Shown here piece after piece: positions 30,822 to 47,700 of a stretch of 64,000 bases of DNA. The notes under the pieces are model-generated. The model was not told the origin of the DNA. It did no database searches and saw only the letters and a program-made list of their open reading frames with translations. The DNA is from Lingula anatina. Taxonomy: Eukaryota; Animalia; Brachiopoda. A program made the translations under genes and the position numbers. The stretch lies in the NCBI GenBank assembly GCA_051362555.1, contig CM120641.1:17608001-17672000 (forward strand). The letters run 5' to 3'. Position 1 is the first letter of the stretch. Every line of letters begins with the position of its first letter.

Positions 30822-31291
30822 GTAAGTAAAGAATGTTATTTTGGTTTGTCTAGTTTTTTCTGTGAAGGTTAAACGTGGATCCCATAAGATGAAATATGTA
30901 GCGTTTACGTGTCGTGTGCGCGTTAAAGATGTTTTATCAGATACAGTAAAAATGAAAATGGCATATTTTATTTTTATTCAATACCAATGTCAGCCAAGCG
31001 TTGATTCATTGGGTTTTTATTTTTGCCTAGATATGCTGTCTACATTTAATATTTCTGATCGAAATAACTGATTCTACATGTATAACTTAACAGGAAATCA
31101 TCCGTACATCATATCTTTTGTCGGGCTTTAAAAAGTTTTAATATAATCACCAAGGTGACTATTGTTTAATTGTTATAATAATTATATTGATTGCTTAATT
31201 ATAATATTTCAGTGGTACATTTGTTGGTGTAAATACAGTAACCGCCAAAACGAAGTTTCCACAGTCCAACGTATTCCAAGGGAAGGTTAGA

Positions 31292-33628
<2,337 letters not shown>

Positions 33629-36600
33629 TGAAATATGTAGGAAAGGCATCTGCAAAGGCATGTGTGATCATTTCTAAAGTTGTCCATCAGTATAAAGCCA
33701 AATGTATTGTGCCAGTTCATAATATCCGTCCATTTATGTGAATTTTAAAAATTTGTTTCACATTTATAGTGAAGAAATTTTCATGAAAGCATACTGTTGT
33801 GGTATGACCTTTGAAAGTTTTTATATTCTAGGTATATGTATAATATGCACAGATTGTTTTTGCAGTGAATAGGTGCAATTATTTGAAGGAAGGGGGTAGT
33901 TAGCAATGTTATTTGTTTAAAAAAAAAAGATTTTGGAAAGCTTTGAAGCAGGTGAACTATATCCATTTAAAGGGCAACAGTTCATCCAGTAAGGCAAATT
34001 TTGCGTACATGTGGGTTTATTATTATTTTTTTAAGTCATCGACACACGACCAAAATTGCATGAATGGGTCTACTTTCATGTGGGGTGAAACATTCTTCCA
34101 GATTCATTCTATGCTGACCATTGATCCAGATTATGTTGAAACAAGCACATGCTTCATTGACCACATACAAAACAGCCGCTAGGTTGAAAGCCTGTCTTTT
34201 CAGTGCACTTATACAAAAGTTCTTTGTATCAATTAAAGAGCTTGATATTTACAAACATGCACTGGATCAATGGTACCCCAATACAGCAGGTTCATGCCTG
34301 GAACCCCAACAGGTTTAGGAGTAAAAGGTGGCTCAGATTTCATTTGGGAAACCCATGCACAGGTGCCTACATGTCTGGGCTCAACTCGCATATTTTCATG
34401 TATTTCCCCCTGACGCATTGGCTGGTCCAGTTTTTCATAATGCCATTTAATCATCAAAAATGGGAGGGGGGGTGGGGGGAGGTTGTTTCATTTATATTAA
34501 GGTGCAGTATTGAGTTCCTACCAGTACATAATGTTTGCTATCTTAGTAAAACATACCAGTAGGTAATAGTCCTGAGATTGAAGTTTTGATTTTTTTTCAT
34601 CATGCTTATAGACTGGTTCTTTGCTACAGTCTGGTAATTTGTCTTTGGTTTTCTTGTTGAGAGTAATCCAGTCACCAAATGCAATATGCCAATTAATATG
34701 GCTGGTAATTAAGCTTACATTATTATCTAATGACTGAGGTTGAACCATCAGGAAATATGCTACAGTACTATATGTTCTGTATATCGATTACATACAACCT
34801 TGTCATAAATAAATCATATTGATTATGTAAACCTATGTATGAGTCTTTCTTGATTTTCTTGTTTGTGCTTTATTCTGGACATGAAATATATGAAATTGTG
34901 ATTCAAAAATGCTGCACATAGGGCCCATGTCGAAAATGTGATTCACAAATTATTTTTGCTTGAAAGAATTTAAATATTTTAAACAGTTGTAATTTTGCAT
35001 AATAACCACGTAAATTTTATATTAAAGGCTTGGATGCAAAATAACAAACAAAGAGCTCTGTGTTATTGTTAAGTGACTTGAATTGATGACCTAAACACCC
35101 TGTGCTGTAACATTCATTGTAATACATAATATCAGCTGTAAGTGTTCCTCTGAACTAAACAGTAAATGCTTAATATCCCACTCCCAAGCTTTGTGGAGTG
35201 TGGTTTGTGACGCAAATCTTTATCATACACTTAGTTCATGTATGTATTATGTTATTATACCACTCCTGGGGCAATAAGGTGTCTATGTACACCTGACCCC
35301 TATTATACCCCGAGGCTCAAGCCGCGTCCTCTCGCCACCTGAACGACCTTCCTACTCAGCACAACACAAAGCTGTTTTGTAACAATCTTGAGCTATCAAG
35401 TAAACAACACCAATCCTGTGAAACATTTACATGTGTAGTTCTTTCTAAATTTTTCATTACTAAAAGGATCTAAAAAGGGGATAGGATTAACAGATTTTCT
35501 AGTGTTTGTATGTTTTTCACACCTTTACATGTCCGTTTCATATCTCAGGTCATGATTATGGTGATAAGCCTCTTGTCATACCTTCTTGAAATTCTTACTC
35601 ATCCTTTAGAACACAGGTTAATTTCCCTAGCAACTGCCCTAGTAGCACATAAACAAAAATCAACAAATCCTTCTTCTTATCCTAATTTAACACGAATGGC
35701 TTTCAAAGCAAATGGTTAACTTTGAAAACTGACAAGGTAGTTTGGGTTAAGAAATATTTCATACAAATTTATAAAGATAGATATGTATAAATCCACTGGA
35801 GCTTTACATCAATTAACTGTAGTGTGATACCATATTCATGATACATCGAAAGGCTTTTAATGATTTATGATATTACGATTATAAACGATTTCGAAGAATG
35901 CCCTGAAAATGCGAGTTTGTTCTTCATAAAGTGATTGGTGAATCGTGAATGCATTAACTCCATTCGAACAAAGGCAAGCACCGCGTCATCTAAATATAAG
36001 GGAAAAAAATGACGCTTTACCCCATCAGTCTCAAATTACCGACGGCATAGAAATAAAGGCCCCCAGCTGAGTTATTTTTTTCAATCTGTGTAAATCAGTC
36101 GTCCAAATCCAAGCCAGCTAACACTTCTCGATCCCAAGGCGGCCGAGAGATACAACAGCGATACAACTACATTTATCGATACCAAAGGCCATCCTGGCAG
36201 AGTCATGATGCCATAACGAAATATTACGGAATGATTAATGTGACCTGTCTGATATCCTGCATATCGTACTTGTGATGTCTGGCTTCAGTATTTTTTGTGT
36301 TTGCGTTGTAAGACAAACCGAGGAGACGTGATGTGGGCCACATCTTTCTGATTTACTGTTGTTATGATACTTATTTCGTTTTGTTTCTTCATTTTTTATT
36401 ATTTGCATTCCTGTGACGATGAACTTGCGGGAGGCATATTGTACGACTTGTATGGCTTATACAACCTGTTATAATAATAAGTGATTTAAATGTTATACTC
36501 GCTTGGGATAATACCCTCCGACTGTTTCCGCTTTAATTTGTGCAATTCATGTATGTGTTCAAACATGCGTGTACACCGGTTTATATAGGCCTATCGATCG

Positions 36601-39600
36601 GACTGACTTTTGCAGTCGAGGTTTCTTTTGTTGCGTTTTATCATTTTTTAAAGAAGCATGCTTCCTGTCTATATTGTGTTCAGAGACAACTAGTCCTGAC
36701 ATGTCGAAGCCCTCGTCCAAAAACCAAGCCGTATTTTACCCTGAAAATTTGGTTGAACAATGGCAAAGTAAACCGTGTATTTGCTGCCACTTCTAAGTGC
36801 GCGAGTCTTATTGATCTAACGCTTTTACAACGCCCATACAGTTTACACAGAAATGCTTGCTCTGAATGGTCGACGAAAATGTCCATAGAAAAGCAAATTA
36901 ACGAGACCTAGCCATGATGTAGAGGAGAGTAAGATATACATATATAATCAACAGCCCTAGCTTCATCTTATATCAGGTGAAATATGAAAGATGTGTCAAC
37001 AGTGAGTGAAATTACAATAGAATGAGTGTTGTGATTTGGCTTAAGGTGCACGACCAGTGGCCATTTTTGTAAGATAAGTATACACACCGATGAATAAAAA
37101 TTTACCATAGTTTCCCAAGGACCCAGCTGCGTTCTTTTGCTAATCGTAAGAAGGCACTGACCACAAAGTTTTCACAGCAAACAACAGCAATACAATTCGT
37201 ATCCATAAAACGTGCAGGGCTTGCACTTCATTTAAGCCAACCCTTTGGCACATTTTGATCATTGGAAAAAGAACAAATCCTAAAATCTTAAAGCAATAAT
37301 CTTATGCCGGGTAAAATGTGAATTACTTCATCATACATGATATTATATGAACTTCGCTCTTTCCATTCATTCAGAGCGCAGTAGTATTGAAAATGGAAAA
37401 AAGAAAAGGCGATTAGTTTTTTTTACTAATAACAGACGGTTTCATCTATTTTCAAGGCATTTTTTTCTGTCTGGGTTGTTTGTCAAATGTGCAATTTTCA
37501 TATTAAAAAAAAAAAAATTAAAAAAAGGCACCCAGTTTTGTGCTTGTCAAATGTGCAATTTCCATGTGACAAAAATAAATAAATGAATAAAAAAAAATAA
37601 ATAAATAAAAATAAAATACGCACCCAGTTTTGTGTGTTTCAAGATAAGATATGCGTGTTGTTATCACATTGAACCTTTCGTATATTCATTATACGGTTAT
37701 TGCTTTCCGATACGGAAAATGCCCTGTTCATCTAGGTCCCGTAACTAAACCTAGTGCTTACAATTAATCTCTTTGTAGCGGTGGGCGTATAAGAATTATC
37801 CAGAGCTCACCAGAGCTATAGGAGACGAAGCATAAAAGCAAAGATATTCCCATTAATGAGGTATTGAGGTCAGCAGGTAAAACAAAATCAATATGTTCTG
37901 ATCTCTATTGATCTCACAATCACCTAATTTAGAGAATGCAATTGATTTATAGATCGATCGGTGTTCTTCTTGGGTTGAGAGCCGTGTGGCAAAAGGAAAT
38001 AAATAACAGGTAACAAACAACAACAAAGTGACGAGAAAAGCATGCAGTCGGATTTATTTCTGTTGGACAATGCGAAGGGTAATTTGTCTACAACTCCATA
38101 CATACATTTCATTTCTTTTTTTAACCTCTCACTCTTAGGCTATCTTTTATCTTCAATGTAGAAATACCGAGAGATTGCCGAGCTACCGTTATTATTTTAT
38201 GACTGTAACCTAGCAAGCGTTCTTAGCTTTCGTTATTTTTAAAAGAAATAGGTCTATATAAGCCAGGACTCAATGGATACTGAGTCCTAGATATAAGTAA
38301 TACATAGTGTTTAATTTACATGACACATACTATATTTTTCCTAAACAAGCCGTCTCTTTTACCTTTTAAAGTAGTAGGACTTAGTTTCTCCATAGAACAC
38401 TCCTTTAATTTCATGTCGTTATTCTTATCACTAAAGAAATAAAAATTAAAGCTCTGTAGTTATGATATTACGATATTTTTCTCATTCTGTAAATGAGTAG
38501 GCCGAGTTTCATAGTCGACGTTGGGACGCTTCTTCAATTTCTAAATTTCCATCGATGCTGACTGTCTGTGAAATTCATTTCAGACACCAAAATACACAGT
38601 TTACATTTAAAAAAAAAAACACTCTCATAAATTTTCCGGAAAATGTTGTTTGTCTAAATCTAAACCTGCGGTAAATCTCATCCGTGGTTCATTCCAGTTA
38701 ACAGTCTATTCAGTCGTGTATTGTTGTTGCATACAGATTGTGGAAAGTCAACAAGCGCCTCTAACACAGTGTGATCAGACAAAGTAGCAGGTAATTATAA
38801 AGTGCGAGTCGGCGATCGAGCTTTACGCGAAACAGAGGAGACAACATTGGCGAGCTATATCTGTCTTAAAACTTGCGATCGGAAAATTTTAGGGCACAAC
38901 GTGTGCAATTCAGCGTATTCATTTGTTCGAGCTACTGTTTTCTGTTCAACCCGTGGAATATTTTTCTTTTTTTGATCTGTGTGTTTGTGCCATTAGTGCA
39001 TTAAAAAGTCGAAAACTGTTTGAACTATCAATGCAAACGCTCATTGCGCTTAACTGATTATGTTTTATTTTGCAGTATAGGTCCCAAATGTGCCCTCAAG
39101 ACCATGTACATACCACCAGCATACATGGGGAGAAAGGGGGGGAGGCAAAGATTAAAGCAGACAAAATTAATGAGTTGGTTAACGAACGCTGAGTTGGTTA
39201 ACTTCCCCGACTTTGAGGCAATCTTTTTTTTTTCGATTGGAAAAAATGCATTGGGCATTGGCTTGGTATATTCGTAATTGGGAAAAGTTAATCCTGGTAA
39301 AACGCTGTTCAAAAATCTGTTCAAAAATGTAATGTTCAAACTGTTCAATTGACATCCTGCGCCCGCCCCGCCACCCCTCCCCTCCCTACCCCGTCCCAAC
39401 CAAAGAGGGTCAAATAAATGAAGGAAGATAAATAAGTGAAAAAAAATAATAGTTAATTTCGTCTACCGATCATGTTTGCAGACAGCTGCCGCTTTTAAAA
39501 AAATGTGTCTGGCAGTTTTCACTTGAATAAATCCTGTGACGCTTTGATATACTAGTACCAACATGCTGGTAAGTCCTTTTGTTACCCTCTGCCAGGGTCA

Positions 39601-39681
39601 CAGATTGATTTTCATTTGATATTCACAGATATTTCTCTGGCTAATTCTATGGACTTTTCTATTCAGCGAGAAATTTTATAT

Positions 39682-39977
39682 CAGGGGAGGATCCAGGATT
39701 ATTTGAGAGGGGGGGGGGGGGGGGGGGGAGCTCCAGTTTTTTTAAGAATGACAGGCCTGGGATGTGAAGTCGACCCTAATTTGCTACCTTGGTGTGGGGT
39801 ACGGTGTTTTGGAGGGCAAAAGGTGCCATTTGGTGCAGTTTAGGACTATGATTCAGCTCTTCAAAATTCTAATATCTAATATCAAGAAGGGAATAAAGGT
39901 GTGATTTTTCCCCAGGATTAGAAGGGGGTTGGAACATAAGCCCCTGACACCCCACCCCACCCCCCAATCCGCCACTG
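39682..39977. mobile_element. hAT-like MITE remnant
   Basis: CAGGGGAGGATCCAGGATTATTTG at the left end (same block as 24356) and AATCCGCCACTG at the right end (as at 24417-24429). Confidence 0.5.
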
Positions 39978-40016
39978 TAGAATAGTTATTGACGTCACAA
40001 TCATGACTCCTGGACT

Positions 40017-40211
40017 GGGTTCCCATACCTAGATTGATCTAACAGGATCGATCCATCTCCATGGGGTTTCTTGCTAAATTGCTTCCAGCTTAAGCGGCTT
40101 AAGTGTCTGGCACGCCTACTGAAGCTGCTAAACGATAGTTGATTACCCCCTAACAGCTTCAGTAGGCGTGCCAGACATCTAGGCCGCTTTAGTTAATTGC
40201 AATTTAGTGAG
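40017..40211. mobile_element. Palindromic MITE related to the Harbinger-like element at 24496
   Basis: Central hairpin TGTCTGGCACGCCTACTGAAGCTG ... CAGCTTCAGTAGGCGTGCCAGACA (24-bp perfect arms), with AAGCGGC/GCCGCTT extensions. Confidence 0.6.
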
Positions 40212-40539
40212 AATAATACTTGTAGAGATAATAGCTTGAAAAATATGAAAGATTCCAACTTTTATTACTAAGAATTTTACCAAGTTTTATTACTAAAATA
40301 ATAAGGTGTTACACTTCATGGCTCGAGATGACACCTACTACTGGCCTGACATGACATGTCTCTAGACTTTAGATCGCTTAGTAATTAATAAAAGACCTAT
40401 TAAACTTAAACACTTTAATTAATTATAGGGCTTGAGCCTGCTTAAAATGTATTTTTCAACATAAATGGTGTTCATACCTCCACATAGTCAATCTGATTTG
40501 CGTATTCTTTAAATTATGCACTTCTCGGTGATTTATTTA

Positions 40540-40660
40540 GAAGGTGTAAGCAGGTCACGTGATTTATCATGGCCGCGCCCTTTAAATTTGCTGCTGGTTT
40601 GTTTATCCCTTGAAAAAGTAATATGTAAGGGCCATTTGCTTCTGTTTTTGGAGTGTTCAC
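40540..40660 (+). promoter_or_regulatory. Putative ANKRD54 proximal promoter / 5' region
   Basis: E-box/CLEAR-like GTCACGTGAT at 40554 and YY1-like CATGGCCGC at 40568, about 100 nt upstream of the first ATG. Confidence 0.35.
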
Positions 40661-43600
40661 ATGATGAACATGGAGGAAAGAGACTCGGGACACGAAAGTT
40701 GTGTTTCCAGTTCTTCCGACGATTCTATGTCAGATGGAGATTATGTGGTAAGAGCTTTGGATAGGTTCCACACGTACATTTTGCTAGAGACTTTAAAAAA
40801 TAATTATACACAGATATATAGCTTCATATCTGAGAATGAATATAGATTTTCAGATTTTCATCGGAAAAAAAATGGAAAAGAAAAAGACTTGTTTCATAAA
40901 TTAATTATGGTCATATATTTTTCAGGTTCAGCAGCCAGCAGCAGTCTCACCTGCCCTTTCTGAAGAACAGCCTAAGTTTGACTTTACCAGTTGGAGTCCA
41001 GATGCACCAGCAGGTTTGTGAGGAACTCCAACAACATATGAAAACTCAAAACCTAATCTAAAACACTGTTACATCCAAACATCACACCAAAATACTTACC
41101 ACACTAGACTGAATTTTGTTTCATTATTTGGTCCATAACTTTTTTCATTTGTAATCTTGCCTTAATTGTTAGTTCATTTGCCATGTTTTCATGTTCCAAT
41201 GGTTATCCTAAGGTCTCCAGTGGTTGAGTTTACTCCCCATGGGTGCAGACTATGGCTCACAAAAAGAACATGTTGGTAGGATCAGGGTATCTGCCACACA
41301 CAGGAAAGCAAGAATGAAGCGATTTGCTTCAGGGCAGACAGTTGCAAAAAATAAATTAGGTAAGGACATGTCTGAAAATGCTCTTTGTGTTATTGGTGTT
41401 TTATCTAAATATTTTGCAGTTAATTGCACAGGAATTTAATGACTACACATATTATTTCTCTATAAAAGCTTAACAATATTATAAGTTTCTTGTTTGATGT
41501 AACAATTTTTTCTCTCATTTACTAAGACGTAAATATGTACAGATAATAAATGATAAGTATACAAGTAACTAGGCTGACCTGTATTTTTTTTTTAGATGAG
41601 AGAAGGCTTCGAAATGCAGTGAATGATAATGATTATTATGCAGGTAAGAAATGTACTCTGTTCTAGTAAGCCTAAATATTTGTATGTTGCACTCTGATTT
41701 TTAAGTGTTTATAAATTTTGTATAAGGCTTGCTCACCTGTACATATATTTGGTCACTGATTAAATTTGAATCCATGGGTTTGTGATTTAAATGTGCATTA
41801 ATAAGAAATCATGCCTAGTTTTCTCTTTGTAATATGAGCAAACACAAACACTTTTATATTATTGTAGCATTTGCATTGTAGAAGTTTGAATATCTTGATA
41901 TCTTATGTGCATACTTTGATGTTTGAAGTGCTCTTTACTGTTCCAGCATTTCAGCTTCTTGATGGTGGTGTGGACCCGTGCAATTCCGATGAAAAGAAAA
42001 GAAGTCCTCTGCACTTTGCTGCCTGCAAAGGAAATGAACGTATTGGTAAAGACTAAAATGCATTGTCTATTTAAGAAGAAACAGACAGGATTTGATAAGA
42101 TTAAAGTTGCTGAAAATAGACGTTTCATTTTTTATTCATTGTCCAATTAAAAAAAATTGGGCAAATACAGCTAAAGAATTTACAAGTTCTGAAACTGGTT
42201 GATTCTAAAGTTGCCATGGTTTTTGCCTGCCTGTCTGAACCTGAGTTAAACATTTTTCATATGATAGCGTCAACTTTGAAATAGTATTAGTATATGTCAC
42301 TATTCGTAAATGTTCAAGAAATTCATCTCTTTTTGTATTTTAAGCAAGTTTGTTGTTAGATTATGGTGCTGATCCAAACCAAAGAGATGTACTTGGGAAT
42401 ACTGCTCTGCATTTAGGTAAGGAAGGTCTGCCAGCTGTATCCACACCTCAATATAATATAAAAATACATCATGATAATGTTAGATGGATTTGAGGTCAAT
42501 GCTGTTACTCATATATCTAATTTGAGAGAAAGAATTGAGCTCTACACTGATAAGCAATATTGTCAACATGTCCCATGTGATCTTTCATGTGAATGGACCT
42601 TTCCATTTTTATGATATGTCAGTCTCATTGTCATTAAAATTGTATTTTAGCTGCATGCACAAACAACATCAAGATGGTGACTGTCCTGCTTTCTGCAGGT
42701 ATGTGGCATTGATATTAAAACAGCAAGCTTGAATTTGACCATTTTCTTAATATACCAGTATAACTGTAACATATATGTACTGTTTTGTAACCTCCGTATG
42801 GTTCTGTCTAGTGATTTGTGTAGAAGGCTCAGTTACCATATATTTCAATCTATTCCTTATTAACTGGAGCAGGGATGAGATTTTTTCTATCTGCAGATTT
42901 CTGACTTTTTGGGAACCAAAAATATCATTGGTCTAGGCGACTCCTAGATCCCATGCCATGTTTTCCAACCTTTTCACTAAATGGCAGTCTCATCCCTGCT
43001 CAAGGGAACTGGTTTTAAACTATTAGTTGAATAGTCATAGTCGTGTCAGGAGTTGGCAGCAGATTAGAGCAGTTATGCTCCTCTTGTCCTGTTTATTACA
43101 GAACAGTATGTACATGCGTACATTCTTTCCTTTTAAGGCACTGATGTAGCAGCATTAGATAACTCAGGTAGGACTCCTCTTCACTTAGCTGTATCCAGAC
43201 TGAGTCTTCTGCAGAGGACCACTTCTTACAGCAGCGAGCAACTCAAGTGTGAGGTCTTTGAGGTAAGGGCTTTTGTCAGTTGGAAGTTATTTAATTAAAA
43301 AACTACTTGATCTAATGAAAACGCAGATAAAAAGTTTTGTTTTATCTTATTTAAGTTGTAAATTTGAGGTGTTTGGCACCTAATAGTGTTAAGACTTGAC
43401 ACGATTTTTTTTAAAGTAGGAGTATTTAGTTTTATTTACATTGATTAATTTCTTTCACTGCATATGGAAAATAACTATTTTGTAGGTGATGAATATGATG
43501 AAGACCTACTTGAGTCTGAAAGGAAGTGATACACAACGAGTTCAAGAACTTGATGACTTGTGCAGTAGATTAGAACGGACTTCTACCAAAGAGGAAGTAG

Positions 43601-43668
43601 ATGAAGTGAACAGTTTGCTAACAAATTTAACCAACTTAAGCATCCAAAAACAGGAGCAGCCTGGTTGA
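40661..43668 (+). CDS. ANKRD54: Ankyrin repeat domain-containing protein 54 (LIAR), ~298 aa
   Basis: Exons 40661-40747, 40926-41013, 41213-41359, 41596-41643, 41947-42045, 42345-42416, 42651-42698, 43138-43262 and 43486-43668, all GT-AG and in phase. Ankyrin repeats ([49 protein letters not shown]). The C-terminus LDDLCSRLERTSTKEEVDEVNSLLTNLTNLSIQ matches ANKRD54. Confidence 0.93.
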
Positions 43669-44183
43669 CAGATGACAAGTGACATCTATCATGTTGTCAT
43701 TTATGTATCAAGCAGGTGGTGTTTGAACGGTCGCCCCAATAGGACTCGAGCTACAAGCTTGACCTCTGATGTGTCACACATTTGTCTCTAGAGACCAATG
43801 GTACAGGTGACACATTGAGATTCAAAAGCAGGAACCTGGTTGGACAAGAGAGGAACAGGACAAAGATGTGCTTTATGGGCAAATCAAGGATTCCAATTTT
43901 CCCCCATTATAAATATGAAGGAAATGGAAATCTATCTTGATTAATTCTGGCATCTTTTGTCATATTATGTCCTCAATGTAGGTAATATGCAGTAAGAACA
44001 AAAAGACGGACCCCAATTCCCATTATATCTGCCCAAGAAACTGTGGTCTGATAGTCCCCATAAATGGAATCAGGCATTGATGCATAATGATGGTTCCAAT
44101 AAGTTACATTGAGCCGTTTATAGTATGCCTATGTTTTCACCTTATTTAATATCTGTCACGCTTTAAAGGGACTGGTGTGTTAA

Positions 44184-44350
44184 AGTCATAATAACTCTTC
44201 GTTTTGGCCAAAAGTTGGATTTTCCTGGAAAAAATGGCAATTTTCCCGTACTTACCAATGGCCAATGACCCCATTCCTGCATTCAAAGTTAATCCAGGGT
44301 TTTTTTCCTAAACGTACGGTATTTTGTTAAAATCTCTTAAGAGATTTTAA
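44184..44350 (-). mobile_element. Partial third copy of the Kolobok-like MITE (inverted)
   Basis: TTAA|AGTCATAATAACTCTTCGTTTTGGCCAAAA..TACTTACCAATG..ATTCAAAGTT..TTGTTAAAATCTCTTAAGAGATT is a diverged reverse complement of 13277-13439. Confidence 0.75.
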
Positions 44351-44539
44351 CTGACGGAGCTCTCTCTGACATTACAAAGTCACTGGTGACCTACTTAAAA
44401 CCACGGGAAAAGCAGACAACAACAACACTATATAAGATTCATGAGATATGTTCGTCTTTTTGTTAAAAATGCATTTATATCCACAATATGTGCCATTCTG
44501 GGCTTTTCGTTATCCGACGCACTGTACAAAAACTCACAA

Positions 44540-44720
44540 CTTATGTCTGAGGGTTTCCCGCCATGTTATTTTGGTCTCGAATGAACGCGAGAATCCGCGT
44601 GACACCATTACGTCATTAGCAACGAATGCACTTGTTGACCGGAAAAAAGGGATCGAAAGCCCTATTGACAAGCACAGATTTCAGTTTTCCTACAATAACG
44701 GCCGTTTTAGTGGTAAAATA
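44540..44720. promoter_or_regulatory. CpG-rich patch, possible ACSL promoter or non-coding first exon region
   Basis: Dense CpGs and a TTACGTCA CRE-like site in otherwise CpG-poor DNA. The first ACSL coding exon is preceded by an acceptor (AG 48071-72), which suggests an upstream non-coding exon. Confidence 0.3.
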
Positions 44721-47700
44721 CAATAGAATATATTTCCATGCGTTGTTTACTATGTATTTCATGCGGATTTTTGAATCTCAAAGGAAGAGTTATTATTGCT
44801 TTGAGTATATTGGTTGATAGTATATGCATGGTTGAATTCAGAGAGCATTTAAAATGGGATTTTTAACTTGTTTGGAGAGTTACAGAATTAATTCTACAAC
44901 ATCAGTGACTTTGAATGCAATTTTGGTACTGGTATTACTTAGAAATGCTTTTGCAGACTAGGTTAATAAAGAAATTAGTGCTGTACTCTTGCCAGTGGTG
45001 ATAAAATGGGTTGTGTAAGTACAGGAAAGACTATTAAATTTGAATTAAAACATTTGACTGAATATTTACCAGTTAACAGTTGCGACATTAACCACTGGGC
45101 CTACGCCATGGCTAGTACAAATTTGTTTGGACCAGTAGAATTTTCAGAATGTGTGAATTTAGTGATCTGACATGACCATTAGATGTTTTTATAACTTTTA
45201 AAAAGAGCTTTCAATTTGGTTTAATTTTTCCTGAGATCCTCAATTAAAAAAACATTTGACAAAATCAAGGTCTTTTTTATTACTAATATTAATGCAAAAT
45301 ATCTAGCCTTATTGAAATTTTAATTTGGGCCAGTGAATCTGGATTTTGATCATTAGATTATAGGAAAGGTGTTGGATTGCCCAGTTAGCTGAAAATTGTA
45401 TGGCACAGACTGAGTTAAGACATAAACTTCAGTACATGCCATTTCAACATACAAAAATACACTTTTATGTACACGGTAATAACCCTACATGTTTAAATCT
45501 CCTAGCCTAGCTACATGTATATCTGTCCATGAAGCCAGAATGGGAACCAGAGCAAGGGGGTAAATGAAGACAATAGATATTTTTATCATGTCTGTCAACC
45601 TTATTGTAGTAATATCTAGTGATCAAAATTCTGTTTTGTTTTTGAATTTGTATGAATCTCTTTGATAATCAAAAGGAGGACAATGTAGAAAATGGTCCTA
45701 ATCTTTCTCTTTTTTCAAAGGTATACTACAGTGCTGTTAGAGTATCTGGATAATGAATGTTGTTATCCTTCAAATTTGCTTAATCACTGATAAGGCAGAA
45801 ATTTGTGTTTCCTTACAACACACTTTATTTGATTATCATTTGAAGTTTATTTTTGAAGAGGTGGTTTATGCGATTCTTAATATCCAGGTATTTGGTCTAA
45901 ACAGACATACTCTGTGTTAAAATATTCCCACTTTTCAGAATTACTTCTCACAGTGCTCATGCTGGAGGTTGTAACCTTTTTAGTTACAATGCAGGTACAT
46001 CATTGCTGTACGTTTGTCAGATTAAGTTGGTTTGTTAAGGAGACTTGTAGCAACTCTTCATACATGATGTGCAACAGGCTGAGAGTGAACATAAAATAAT
46101 ATTTCAAAAAGATAAAAAGCAATGAAATATGGGACAAAAATCAATTAATATATATTTTGTGCATTTTTACCTGACCTGCATTGCACATTTTGGGGCTTGG
46201 CCATTACTTTGACAGCGCTGCTTTATGGTACTTGTGGTTATGACTTATTCTGTTCAATGGGGAAATTTATCAATTTTTCAGATACCTAATTTTTTGGAAT
46301 TATCAGAGTTTTTTTGTATCATTTATGGTCACCGTGCTTTTGCTGTATAGAATGAAACTTAATTTAGTTTTAAGGTAGCCTGTTTTGTTGCTACCTTTTA
46401 ACAGGAATGTTTTATTATTTTAAGAATTAAAATTTTGACTTAAAAATAAAGTATCATTTGATGAAAATCACAACTTTTCACATTTTTGAACGGATTGAGG
46501 CATAACTGTAATCTTTAATTTATTTTTGCAAAAATAAATGCTTTTTCTGTAACTAGAATCACTACTTTTATTGATTTATTGTTCAACTTAAATCATGAGT
46601 CCTTAGGCTAGCTTACAACAATAAATCTTTGCCATGAGAGTTGAAGGTGAGTTGTCTTCAACATAAATGGGCAACTCCTCACCAACTCACATCATAAGCA
46701 AACATATGACTGCAGCAACAACTGAACTAGAAACTTGATAAGTCTGTGCACTTTGGTCCTGCAGAATATAGGTCAAAGAGTTTACAAGTTGCACAGTTGC
46801 AAGTTTGCTGCCCTGCAGGTGACATAATTTTGGCTATACTGACTGTCTGAATTTGAAGGTGGGTCAATGGAACACGAAGTATTTTTGAGAGATAACAGCT
46901 AATCAATTGATAAAGCTAACAATGAACTCTTGATGCTTTGGAAGATGTATGCAAAATCCTGTGTGACCAATTACAAAATGTGACTAGTACTTGTGGCATA
47001 TATATATATATATGTGGTACGTGGAGTGAGCATTGAACCATGCCAATTGTCAAGTGAATTAAAAGAAAAGAAGAGCCTGATAACTTTTATCATGACACTG
47101 TCAATCCTTCTGTAGCCAACTTGTAACACTGTTTTGTATATTAACGTGTAAATTTCACAGCCCATGCACATGGCAGCCCAATTTAAATTTATGGTTGTGC
47201 TCATTTATGAACTTGTGAACCACATCACATGCAGCCCAGTAGCCAACTTAATTCATTTCAAGGGGGTTGGAGGTCTTTTTCTAAAAATGACCTTTAAACC
47301 TCCTTAATTACTAGTAATCCATTTTAAGAAATGGCATAGGACCTACTTTGTAGATAAAATTTTGACTTAGAGCTGACCTTTGTCAACCAAAAGAATGCCC
47401 TTGATGAACCTTAATTGGAACTCCCCCTGCCTATATGCCTATACTAGTACACAAAAATCATGCAGTTCATTAATTACAGAGCAAATTTGTGGGGAGTCTC
47501 AGACCATTTGTTTGTTTCCCCTTGAACAAATATATATATGTGTGTGTGTGTTCAGTATTGAGGTTATCATTTTAGCAGGATTGATCTATCTCAGTGTCTA
47601 TCACGCCCCCTCATAACTTAAAATGCTTGGATAAAGTCTGGAAAATTTTGTGGTTGAAGATTTTGTTCATGTTGGTTTGCAAGGATGCTTACCAGCTAGA

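Noticed and set aside
36540-36911. 123-aa ORF and overlapping short ORFs in the FOXJ1-ANKRD54 interval
   Set aside because: No recognisable domain, no supporting splice structure and a non-ATG start; consistent with chance ORFs.
43666-43791. Possible stop-codon readthrough of ANKRD54 (TGA-CAG, short hairpin, 40 open codons)
   Set aside because: The context is neither TGA-CTAG nor CARYYA, the hairpin is weak, the protein already ends where the family normally ends, and the extension has no recognisable signal.
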